From: Octopus vulgaris
Lineage: Eukaryota
DNA length: 64,000 nucleotides
Assembly (NCBI GenBank): GCA_951406725.2
Contig: OX597827.1
Location: 78,802,001 to 78,866,000, forward strand
Reading direction: 5' to 3'
Shown here: positions 51,003 through 62,779 of the stretch, one piece after another
How the letters are laid out: each line of letters begins with the position of its first letter
Numbering within the stretch: position 1 is the first letter of the stretch
Program-made: the position numbers and the translations under genes
The notes under the pieces: model-generated
Told to the model about the DNA's origin: nothing
Seen by the model: only the letters and a program-made list of their open reading frames with translations
The model's database searches: none

Positions 51003-52520
51003 CCATTCTGTTTACACAAGTAAAACCTCACAAATGACAAACATTTCCAGCAAAAGACCAAACTTCCCTCCCCCCTCCCCTGTTATCTATATTGATTTAT
51101 GAAATTAAATTTTTGGGGTAATTAATTGAGGGATGTAAAAATAGTAAAAATGTTTTGCTTCAAGTGTGAATAGAGAAGACAGAAACAGTTCCTCCTTGGG
51201 TCTGTTTCTATTCACTGATAACAATAGGAATATTTATGTAAATATTAATTCACACAACATATGTGGCTGAGTATCTCGTGTGTTTTGGAAGGAGTTTTAA
51301 GGAAACTTAATGAACCAACAAAACTAATGGAAAATATTTCAGAACGAGCAGACAAAATGGAGTTTTTAAAATAAAATTGCACTGAATTTTGTTGTTGATA
51401 CAGTTATACCTCGCAGTACAGGTTTAATTCGTTCCCTGATGGAGCTTGTCTTATGATTTATTTGTTTTACAAATTAATTTTCCCAATTGAAATTAACTAA
51501 AATATAATTAATCAGTTCAAGCCCCGAAAAGCCATTCAAAAATAAATTTTTATGGGTTTTAAAACAGAAAAGGTGTAGTTATGAGTAAAACGACAATTAT
51601 AAAAAAAAGAGAATGCAAAAGAAATATGTAAGGCACAGGAGTGGCTGTGTGGTAAGTAGCTTGCTAACCAACCACATGGTTCCGGGTTCAGTCCCACTGC
51701 GTGGCATCTCGGGCAAGTGTCTTCTGCTATAGCCCCGGGCCGACCAATACCTTGTGAGTGGATTTGGTAGACGGAAACTGAAAGAAGCCTGTCGTATATA
51801 TGTGTATATATATATGTGTGTGTGTGTGTGTGTTTGTTCCCCTAGCATTGCTTGACAACCGATGCTGGTGTGTTTACGTCCCCGTCACTTAGCGGTTCGG
51901 CAAAAGGGACCGATAGAATAAGTACTGGGCTTACAAAGAATAAGTCCCAGGGTCGATTTGCTCGACTAGAGGCGGTGCTCCAGCATGGCCGCAGTCAAAT
52001 GACTGAAACAAGTAAAAGAGTAAGAGTAAACTGGTTTTATTAACTGAATTACCTTAAACATGGGATGATTTGTGTTTGTACTGCAGATTTCTGCTTGTAC
52101 TTCAAGACACGGCTACTCCAGCAGATTACTCATACTACGGGACCACTCGTACTGTGAGGTTCTACTGTAGTAAGGCAGAAAGCTGGCAGAATTGTTAGCA
52201 CTCTGGGCAAAATGCTAAGCAGTATTTCATCCATCTACGTTCTGAGTTCAAATTCCACCAAGCTCAGCTTTGCTTTTTATCCTTTGCTGGCCTTGTACCA
52301 AAATTTGAAACCAATTTAATTAAAATAGGATTGATTATTGCAGGGTTTAATTTTAACCAGGAACACCTGCTGAAGAACAGCAAAATTAAATAATTTTAAA
52401 AAGATGGACTCAAATTCCCAAGTTTTATGAATAATAGTGAAGAGTAAAATGCTTTGTCTTTGTTGGTGACAGAAAATGTATAAAAACACGATTCTATGAT
52501 CTTACTGAAACCATATATTT
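50775..52520 (+). other. Second copy of the 6110-6700 non-coding block, interrupted by nested TEs at 51401-52314
   Basis: Collinear motifs resume after the insertions (tttaattaaaataggattgatt...aacacctgctgaa at 52315-52374). Confidence 0.75.
51401..52168. mobile_element. Tigger/pogo-like non-autonomous element with a nested family B SINE; a family A SINE follows at 52175-52314
   Basis: Imperfect TIRs cagttatacctcgcagtac / gtactgtgaggttctactg flanked by TA. Confidence 0.65.
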
Positions 52521-52623
52521 GTGTTCAAACACACACATTCATATGTGCATTTATGTATGTGTGTATGGTGTGTGTATGGTGTGTATGGTGTATGTGTGTG
52601 TGTATGTATATATATATTTGTAT

Positions 52624-52880
52624 ATATAAAAAGAAATACAAAAGAATGGGACAAGAACGCAAAACAACCAGACAGATGATACGAAAGAGGGACAAGAAAA
52701 AAGGGACGGGTCATTTGAAGTTTTCTTTCTTCGGTCGAGTTCCAAGTTATCTTTGCATTTTCAGCTCTTGTCCCTCTTTCGATATCATCTGTCTAGATAT
52801 TTTGTTGTCCCTCTTTTGTATCATCTAGCTGTCTGGATGTCTTGCATTCTTGTCCCATTTTTTGTATTCTTTCTTATATA
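52624..52880. mobile_element. Imperfect fold-back element in a TA microsatellite
   Basis: Left arm aatgggacaagaacgcaaaacaaccagacagatgatacgaaagagggacaag; two right-arm copies (ttgtccctcttt...tatcatct) at ~52768 and ~52805. Confidence 0.7.
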
Positions 52881-52911
52881 CATATGGTGGCATACATACA
52901 CTTTGGTCTCC

Positions 52912-52951
<40 letters not shown>

Positions 52952-53680
52952 CCTATGTATATAACTGTCTATCTATCTATCTGCCTGTCTATTTACCTAT
53001 CTGTTTATATTGTTTTTTTTACAATGTTTCAATGGCATAAAACATCATTATATAATTTCATAATTAAAATACATGATTAATTAATCTAAAAGGGACACAT
53101 CACTAATTTTGCTTCCCAAAGATATGGCCAACACATCATTCGTATGTATATATCATCATCATCATCATCATCATTATTTAATGTCCATTTTCCATACTGG
53201 CATGGATTGGACAGTTTAACCAGAGCTGGTATGGCCAGGGGCTGGAACAAGCTCTATTGTCTGTTCTGGCATGGATTCTATAGCTGGATGCCCTTTCTTA
53301 TATATATATATATATCATCATCATCATGGATGGTTTGACAGCACTGGCAAATCAGGAGGCTGCACCAGGCTCCAATCTCTTCTGGCAGTGTTTCTACAGC
53401 TGGATGCCCTTCCTAATGCCAACCACTCTGAGAGTGTAGTGGGTGCTTTTTTATGTGCCACCGGCATGAGGGCCAGGCGAGGCAGCAGTGGCATCAACCA
53501 TGCTGAATAATTCTTTTTACATGACACTGGCATAGGAGCCAGTTAGGCAGCACTGGCATTGACCATGCTCGAATGGTTTTTGTTACGTGCCACTGGAACT
53601 GGCATCAGCCATGCTTGAATGGTGCTTTTTATGTACCACTGACACAGGTGCCAGTCAAGTAGCACTGGCATGTCAAGTGG

Positions 53681-53720
<40 letters not shown>

Positions 53721-54559
53721 CAGGTATGGCTCTGTGGTTAAAATGCTTACTTTCTATGTGGCTTAGAGTTCGATCCAACTGTGCAGCCCCTACTATTCTA
53801 GCCATGGACTAATGAAAGCCTTTTGAATAGATTTGGTCAATAGAAACTGAAAGAAGCCTCAGTGTGTATTTGTGTGTACCCTTGTCTAAACATCAAGTGA
53901 TGGTTGTAAATGAACATCACCATCATACAAGCAGTGTTGTTCATTTTCAGTCTTCCATGGTAAACATGCCTGACCTGAGGGAAATATTACGTTGCTAGGA
54001 AACGATTGAGGGTTAAGGAAAGGCATGCAAACCCTAGAAAAACCTGCCTCAACGCCCCTAATATGAAGTTTGTGAACCACAGGAAAGGGAAAGATTGAAG
54101 ATTATATATATATGAAACCATCACCATCATTTAACACCTGTTCTCCTTGCTGAGATGGGTTGGATGGGTTGATAAGAGCTGGCTTGCCTACACTTGCACA
54201 CACGCATGTTCCCAGCTGCAGCAAACACTGGAAGGAAGTCTGAAAGTATCCAAGAGTTAAGAGTTTCTTTTACTTTCAGAGTTTATTTTACAGTTAAAGA
54301 AATTACAAATGATGCAGTGGTGATTTTATCAATTTCGTTTTCATTCCCATGGTCATTTACTGCTTAGTACAACATGCAGCAACAGTATACCATGACTGTC
54401 ATGTCATTCAGATGTGGCTTAGACGGTGTTGAAGATTGGTCCATACTAAACAGAAAGCTCTAAGAAATAATAAAGAAAAATTTTTGATAAAAATGATTTA
54501 AATTGGAACACGTTTGTTTTCACTGTCACATGTTTGAGAAAAAAGCTGTTCCTCAGAAA

Positions 54560-54900
54560 GGACTTATTTGTGCTTGTAGTGGCATTCACCCACAGTGGGT
54601 TGAGCAGGCCCCGACCAATGAGTTCACTGTGTCTCCTATGAATGCTGACCACATTCGATGGTCAACTGCAGTCAAGGCTTTAATTAATACCCACTTCTGG
54701 TTCCATTGCCAAAGACCATAAATACAGGGGCCTGATCATGCTTCTACATCTGCCTTTACCTCCAGCAGCCACATCTTCAGTTGTCCTCCAGCTTTTATGT
54801 ACCAGCCTTGGAATGGAGTCAGGTTGATCACCTTGTGAATGAATTTCACCAGAGTATGACAGAGAGTTTGGCCATCATACTCTCCATCATACTCCTTAGA
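54560..54900 (-). mobile_element. Second, older RTE-clade LINE 3' fragment (degenerate)
   Basis: GW..KAGGQLKMWL..VKADVE..SGP.IYGLWQWNQKWV..AVDHRMWSAFIGD, an RTE-type RT C-terminal pattern with a stop. Confidence 0.6.
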
Positions 54901-55365
54901 CACTATGATCAACCAGCCATTACTTGTGTCTGAAAAGGGCTTTGTAAAATATATCATACTGTTATTGATTGTTTTAGGTGCCATTTTGGGTTCCTTCACT
55001 CTTGACCCCGTGGCACATCCAGAATGTGACGGCCAGGGGGAGAAAGGACTATGCCAGCACCCAGCTGGTACACTTTTATATCTGAGCATGTTGGAATAAC
55101 ATGAACTGTAGTGCCTTGCTTAAGGACACAAAGCACTGCTTGGTGAAGGAATTGCATCCATAATCTAGCAATCATGAGCCACACACCCTCAATGCCAGGC
55201 CAGACACACTCTTCTTTCCGGTGTGTCTATAAATATGTCTTTGAAATGGAAAATTGTAAAATATGGCTTTTCTTTGATAAACATACTGTTGTAGACTTGT
55301 CGTGAAAAGGTAGCAAAGTTGTGAAACCAGAATTTTCATTCCTCCAGGGACAGGAGAAGTGAAAT

Positions 55366-55410
55366 TAATCTGTCTAGTTTCTAGTCTGTTTAGACCCTCA
55401 TCAGAGATTA
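55366..55410 (-). ncRNA. Degenerate type I hammerhead-like motif
   Basis: Minus strand: taatct-CTGATGA-g-ggtct-aaac-agact-a-GAAAC-ta-GAC-agatta; stem I 6 bp, stem II 5 bp; cleavage triplet GAC instead of GTC. Confidence 0.6.
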
Positions 55411-55745
55411 TATAGAGCCATCGTCTGTTAATAGAGAGGTAAGTATCTCATTGCTTTTGATTGTCTTTACAAACTGGACTCAGCTAAACTGGTTATGTGC
55501 TATTTACATGGTACAGCTGTATGTATGGCACACGTGCACAGATATATACAAGCATGAAATTCTCAGTCCTTGAGTCAGTTTTGTATTTATTCAGATAATA
55601 TATACATAATGTGTGTGTGTGTGTGTGTGTGTGTACGCACACTCTCTTCTACTGACTTCTTTTTCTCTCTGTTTGATCCTCAAACTTGTCTGTATCTCTA
55701 TCTCTCTTCCTCTGTATGTATACATACATGCATTACATACATACG

Positions 55746-55781
<36 letters not shown>

Positions 55782-55804
55782 CATATACACATACATACTC
55801 TTAA

Positions 55805-56024
55805 CCCTTTTGATACCAACCTGGCTGAAACCAGCTCTGGCTCTGAGTACAAATGTCTTGTTTTCATAAGTTTTGAATTAAAATCTTCCACCAAACCTTG
55901 GTCGCAATTTATGTTCCTAAAACCAGCTGAATGATAACTAAGTTATTTTGCTAAATTCTTTGCTATATTTAAAGTAATTAAAAGAAACACAGATCATCTC
56001 AAAATAAATACAGTAACGAAAGGG
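55805..56024 (-). mobile_element. piggyBac-like MITE with both TIRs
   Basis: TTAA-cccttttgatac ... gtaacgaaaggg-TTAA. Confidence 0.85.
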
Positions 56025-56040
56025 TTAAACAAATATATTG

Positions 56041-56116
56041 TTGACAGTGACTTTGAAGTTTCGGCCAGTTAAGCCATTGGCAGTCTGATAATGGCTTAAC
56101 TGGCTGAAACTGTCAA
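56041..56116. mobile_element. Head-to-head inverted pair of the 30589-type hammerhead element, both cores mutated
   Basis: Arms 56057-56078 and 56090-56111; cores CTGCCAA (-) and CTGATAA (+). Confidence 0.65.
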
Positions 56117-56320
56117 TAATAGTCTTGTCTAAGAATAATAAATTTGTGCTCTACAAAAGTATAGAGGGAGCCATTAGATTAATGTGAAATTGTTTTTATT
56201 ACAACTAAACATAAAAACAAACATTAACACCAATATCTTGCCATGTTGGACCGTTGAACCCTGCACACTTTTTTCTCTTTCTATTTTTTTCATTCTCTCT
56301 CCGTTTTTTTCCCTCTTGAT

Positions 56321-56452
56321 CCTTTCTGGTGAAGAGCATAGGCTCGAAACGTAAAACACTTTTTCCATTCTTGTTCCTGAGTGTCAAACTAATACACCTG
56401 CTTGTTGTTCCTACACCTGTCTTCGTCTTTTGTTTTCTGTAAATTTGAACTA
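56321..56452 (+). mobile_element. Short Penelope pLTR-like element with a minimal hammerhead-like motif at 56323-56356
   Basis: ttt-CTGGTGA-a-gagc-atag-gctc-GAAAC-GTA-aaa; palindromic ACGT stem III. Confidence 0.6.
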
Positions 56453-57032
56453 TGTACATGCATGCATGCATACGTATATACATACATACATACATACAGA
56501 CAGTGAGATACTGATGATAAACAAAAGTGTAACAGTACACTTATTTAGGTATATCAGGAATATATTCATGCTCACCTACAGTTTTATCTCATCCATATTG
56601 TTCACATTTATATGTATAAGCATTTATGTGTGTGTATATGTCTACATGTTCATAGTATCCCTGAATGTGTATATGGTCATACATGTCCATTGTTCCCCCC
56701 CCACTGTCAGCTATGTGTGTGTATATGCTGATATATGTACATATTATACATGTGTGTGTGTGTATGAGTGTATATGCTTCTGTCAGTGTGCTTTTGTAAG
56801 TTTATGTATTAATGGTTAAATAATTCTAATAACTTCTACTCTAAATAATTCAGTGAAAGAAATTTCATAGGCATTCTGTACATAACAATGCCTTTATGTC
56901 ATGTTCATACACACAAACATACATTCATACAAACATACATACATACATAAATACGTACATACATACATATTGTATAAACATATATGCACATGATTAAATA
57001 CAAGTGATTTCCTCTTTTTCCACTTCTCTCTA

Positions 57033-57144
57033 ATCCATCCATCCATCCATCCATCCATCCATCCATCCATCCATCCATCCATCCATCCATCCATCCATCC
57101 ATCCATCCATCCATCCATCCATCCATCCATCCATCCATCCATCC

Positions 57145-57186
<42 letters not shown>
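57033..57186. repeat. Compound microsatellite (CCAT)n(CTAT)n
   Basis: Directly visible. Many other (TA)n/(CA)n/(GT)n tracts occur, e.g. 5220-5740, 21540-21940, 26680-27080, 39440-39810. Confidence 0.95.
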
Positions 57187-57997
57187 ATGTGTATGTAGTT
57201 TGTATTTGTGTATATAAATTTATTGATTAACTGAAAATGTTATTCTCAGCTCATAATAATAATAAAAGTAATAATAATAGTAATAATAATAATAATATAC
57301 ATATATATTCACACACACTCTGATTTCTGTATTGAGTTCGTTCTCCTTTTTGTAAAAACTAAATGTGTGTGTGTTTGTGTGTGCATGTGTAGTATATCAG
57401 GTGTGTACAGCTACACACTGGTTCCTTCCCTCTTGTACTTCTTATGACAGATTAATTGCCAAGTGGGTGTTTATAATACATTTTGTGTGTACATACACTC
57501 TCACACACTCACAGTAACACATGTCTATCCTGATCCTCCACAGACTCTTACACACACACACACACACACACACATACACACTAATACACACTCACAGTAA
57601 CACACACACAGAGAGGCATACACACTTACACAAACATGGATCCTTCTCCTACACATGCTCTTTAATTGCTATGCGCATGTTTATAATATATATAGCATGC
57701 ACACACATAAACACACACACAGACACACACACACACAGTTTTCTCCCTCCCCATTTCACATTCTAATTGGTATGTGAGTATGTGTGTGTGTGTATCATAG
57801 CACATACACATTTAAGGTAAAACACACACACACACACACAGTGTAGTAGACACATGCACAAGCACCTCAGTCTCTTTCCTTCTCTCTCTCTCTCTCTCCC
57901 TCTCTCCACCTCTCCCTCTCTCCTTCTCTCTCCCTCCCCCCCTCTCATACATCATATTTCCGTTTCACACAGGAACAAATATATACATAGCAACCTC

Positions 57998-58031
<34 letters not shown>

Positions 58032-58959
58032 AAGAAACATGCACACGCATACGGTGACAGACTCCTCAACCTCTTCACACACACACACACACAGAGTAAC
58101 ATGAACGCATACATATGCACACATACAGCAACCTCTCTACACATACACACAGTAATATATATACACAAACACACAGACACACACACACACACCTTACACA
58201 TAGTAACATATATCAGCCCCTTCGTACACACATACACACATCGACCTCTCTCACACACACAGTAATACACACACACACTCACACACACTTTTCCTCATCT
58301 CCCCCTCCCCCTCCCTATTCTAATTACAATCACAAAAATCAATAGAAACATTCAGAATTTTTCAAAACGCTCTCAGCTATATCAACTACATTTTAATATC
58401 TCCCCTCATTGGATATGGCGGTGGTGGTGGTGGTGGTGGTGGTGGTGGTGGTAGAGAGGTTGTTGTAGTTGGTGGTGGTGGTTGTTGTAGTTAGTGGTGG
58501 TGGTGGTGGTGGTGGTTGTGATTGTGGTTTGGCTGTAGTAGGTTTGGAGATAGTTGTGGAGATAGTAGTTGTAGTATTAGAGGTGGTGGTGGTGGTGATG
58601 TTGTGGTTTAGTGGCGGTGGTGGTGGGTGACTGTTGTAGTAGAATGTGGTGGTGATTACGCTAGGTAATGGCTGGGGTGGGTGTTGTTTAGCCCCAGGTC
58701 AGTGCTCCCCCACTCCAGTAAAACTGTGATCAAAGCAGTTCAAGCCATGACCATCCTGTCTTACATCTCAGGTAGCAGTGTATATCCATGACCACTGTGC
58801 TTCTGCACTTGTAAGAAAGTGAGGTGTGATTTGAGGGAAGTTTAGCTGCTGTTTCTTGCAGATCGTGTGACCACTGGCATGGTGGTTGATGGTTGTAGTT
58901 ATGTCAAACAGGGTAGTGGGAGGGGAAGGCGGGAGGAGTAGAATTCTAACACACACACA

Positions 58960-59311
58960 CACACATATATATGTATACACATGTATACAACACACACACA
59001 CACTACCACACATTCACTAAGCAGCAGACATATCACCACACACATATGCACATTTGTATAGAACACACACATATATACACACATGTATACAACACACACA
59101 TACACACACCACACACACACTTGTATAGAACACATACATTTGCATACACTCACACACTAAGCACTACACATACCACACACACACACTTGTATAGAACACA
59201 CGTACACACACATATACAACACACATACACATGCACACGCACTAAGCACTACACATACCACACACACAGTTGTGTAGAATGCACTTCACACATATATACA
59301 ACACACACACC

Positions 59312-59349
<38 letters not shown>

Positions 59350-59830
59350 GCACTACACACACCACACACACACTTGTGTACAACACACATACACACACAT
59401 ATACAACACACATACACACTAAGCACTACACACACACTTGTGTACAACACACGTACACACATATATACAACACACACACACACACTGAGCACCACACACA
59501 CAGACACAGCCCAACTGTAGCCACAATGTCGTCATTGATGATAAGCTGTGAGAATATTCCACACTGTTTTACCATTCAAACAATAATTTATACAAATCAA
59601 TAATCAATTTCCTGGCTCTTCCATTTTCTAATCAGTTCAGTGTCATTGTATGTTGTACATACCATCACCATACCACTGCACGGTGTACACTACCATCTAC
59701 CTCAGCCATACTGCCGTATGTTATACATACCATCAGCATATCACTGTACATTGTACATACCACTGACATACCACTGTAAATTGTACATACCACCATACCA
59801 CTTACATTGTACATACCACAGCCATACCAT
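58960..59830. repeat. Two adjacent minisatellites: CA-rich units (cactaagcactacac/cttgtatagaac) and ~27-bp tgtacatacca units
   Basis: Recurrent cores at 59155-59490 and 59650-59830. Confidence 0.7.
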
Positions 59831-60167
59831 TCACAGTGGACCCAGGGCTGGACATTTTAAAAAACTGAAGGTGCCCAAATGCATGTTTTGTTGTAATTTC
59901 TGAAAACTACAATAAATGTCTGATTTAACGTGAAAAAGAGTTGATGAAAAGCTTGATTTTTAAGGAATTTTACAACATTTTGAATTTGGGACGTGGGTCC
60001 AAATAAATGGTGTTTGAACAGGGTCAAGATTTTACCCGTCAAAAATCACCAAAATGAATAAAACTGGTTTGAAAATATTATTTTGTATCCAAGTGAAGAA
60101 AAGGGGCTAAAATATGGATTTTATCAAAATTCAGGTGATTTTACAACTACAGAAAGAATATCAAGTC

Positions 60168-61365
60168 TTGGGTCATCCCATAAATAATGTGGTTTTTTTC
60201 AACTGAATGAACTAAAAGTTGGAGGGGGACGGGATAAATTACCTGCATCAATTTGCTATAAAAGCAGGTAGTAATTTTACCTTGTACTTATTCTTAGTGC
60301 AAGTTTTGAAGAGTGCAGTTCAATTTTAACAGTTAGTTTTTCAAAACTATATTGGAAGTGACAAAGGAGCATATTTAGCTTTCTGAGTTCTATAAAGGTA
60401 ACAACACAACAGAACGTGCGAGGAATATTAATGCAGTATATAGGGATTGGACAATAGGCATGATCCAGGGTCAATGGTGGTTCCAGAAATTCCAAGCTGG
60501 AAATTACAGCCTAGAAGACGAGCCTCATCCTGGAAGATCTGTAGAACTTGAGAAAGATGTCCTGCAAACCCTGGTGGAACAAAATCCCATGGTAATTGTT
60601 GAGGAACTGGTAGAGAAGCTTGGATTTGATCATTCAACCATTCATCAACACCTGCGTGCCATTGGAAAAGTCAGCAAATTGGGTCAATGGGTTCCTCTAA
60701 TCATGTGCAGAGAGTGAATGTATGCTCTTCTTTGCTGTCACGTCTCACAAATGAACCTTTTTTGGACCAAATAGTGACTGGTGACAAAAAATGGGTTTTC
60801 TATAAAAATGTCAAGCACTGAAGACAGTGGATAGGGAAAGGAGAAACACCAGCATCCCAGACTAAAGAAGGTCTTCACCCACGTAAGGTGTTGTTATCTG
60901 TTCGGTGGGATATGAAAAGTTTAGTTCACTTTGAACTTTTAAAGAAGGAAAACAACCATCTTTGGTTTCAAGACAAAAGGTGTTCTTCCATCAGGATAAT
61001 GCTCAGCTACATACAGCGAGGATGACATTCCAAAGGCTGGAACAGTTTGAATGGGAAACGATGCCCCATCCACCATATTCGCCAGACATTGTTCCATCTG
61101 ATTATCATTTATTCCACAATCTTCAAAATCATTTGGATGGAAAAAATATGAATTCTGTAGATGAGGTCAGAACAGTACTGGAGGAGTATTTTTCATGACG
61201 GGCAAGTGAATTTTGGAAGAGGAGCCTTGCAAGTCTACCAGATATATGGAAGAGTATTGTAGAAAATTAAGGAGAGTATATTTTAGATTAAAAAAGAACC
61301 TTGTTTCTCTTAATTTTGAAAAACAAAAGAAGTATTAAAGAAACATTATTTATTGGATGACCCGA
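60168..61365 (+). mobile_element. mariner (DD34D) transposon, degenerate, with both TIRs
   Basis: TIRs ttgggtcatcccataaataatg / cattatttattggatgacccga; peptides WFQKFQAGNYSLEDEPHPGRS, KLGQWVP, IVTGDKKW, HQDNA, PHPPYSPDIVPSDYHLF. Confidence 0.93.
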
Positions 61366-61669
61366 TACATGAATTTTGTTGATGTTGGGAAATTTATCCC
61401 TGGCAAAATTTTTTCAAATTTTACAAGTGTTTTCCACAAATGTAATTTTGTGAAAAAAGGGCACATAGTAACAGCCAAAGGTTAATTAATTTTGAAAATT
61501 CAAGATATGCTTAATTAAATATCAGATTCCAAAACGTTGCCCTTTGCCCTTTTAAAAAAAAATTGATTGATATTTGATTTGCTTTTTTCCAATTTTTACC
61601 CATCTTATAATTTCATCAAATTTGGTTTTAATATTTTTATGCCAATAATATCAAAAGTATCCTTTTGAG

Positions 61670-62270
61670 AGCATTTTATTTTTTAAAGTGATATGGAGGA
61701 GTATGGTAGGGCAAGGGACAGCAGTAACATAACTGACAAAATTAGGGAGTAAAGTCAAGAAGGATTCATCAGACAAAAGGGATTTCAGATTGTCTGTCGT
61801 ATTATAATATTGAGTGTCTGTGTAGCAACATGGTGAGCTGATAGTCAGAAGAAAGACCATTGCTATCAGATATTAGACCAGGCAGAACTGACTGAAATAC
61901 CTAAACAAGACAAAGTTGTCATAATGAATGATTTCAATGTGAGAGTAGGGAGGAATAATTTTTTTTTTTTAAACCCCTGAGAACAAGGGATCAGGGACCA
62001 TGGCACTGGAAAAACTATCAGCAATGACATCACACTTCTTTCTCTGTGTGTAGAGTTCAATTTCACTTTAACAAATATCATTTCCCTGCAGAAGGACCAT
62101 CACTAGACCCCCTAGACACATCCAACAGCCAAGCACTAACCCCATCAATGCATCCCACATCTTATTGATGACATCATGGTCAGGTGAGCTGACCTGAAAG
62201 ATGCTCTCCTCCTTCATGCAGTGATGGGAGCCAAATGTGAGACAGACCAGTCCATGATTTTAACTAGAAG
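61670..62270 (+). mobile_element. Degenerate LINE APE-endonuclease fragment (RTE-like)
   Basis: DKVVIMNDFNVRVG, LLSLCVEFNFTLTN and AVMGAKCETDQSMI remnants. Confidence 0.65.
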
Positions 62271-62450
62271 CTGTTTATTGTATTTGGGGGTCTTCTGGGG
62301 ATGTATCTTAGTGTTTTGAGACATTGTCAACAGAATATTTGTGGAATATTCTCAAAGGGATTGGTTGCTCACCTGAATTCCCTAAAGAGTTAGCCCTTTA
62401 GTGAAAAAAAAATTAGGCAAGGCTTCTCTTGTTTAATATCTTTCATCATC

Positions 62451-62667
62451 AGAGCAGCAAAACGGGCAGAAACGTTAGCACATGCCAGGTGAAATGCTTA
62501 ACAGTATTTCGTCTGTCTTTACATTCTGAGTTCAAATTCCACTGAAGTCGACTTTGCCTTTCATCCTTTTGGGGTCGATAAATTAAGTACCAGTTGCGTA
62601 CTGGGTTTGATCTAACCAACTGGCTCTCTCGCCCAAAATTTCAGGCCTTGTGCCTGGAGTAGAAAAG
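62451..62667 (+). mobile_element. tRNA-derived SINE (family A) with 16-bp TSD
   Basis: TSD aatatctttcatcatc at 62435-62450 and 62668-62683. Confidence 0.9.
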
Positions 62668-62779
62668 AATATCTTTCATCATCTGTGTAACCATACAGCT
62701 ATGCAGAAAGGAATGGAGAGTGAGCAGAAGTGAGATTAAGCACAGAAGGTTGCAGTCCACCACCAATCTCACACCTGAA

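Noticed and set aside
1787-59603. Numerous ORFs rich in YI/CV/HT dipeptides, and E/K/R- or F/S/L-rich ORFs at 16.8-19.7 kb
   Set aside because: Translations of TA/GT/CA/GA microsatellites and low-complexity tracts.
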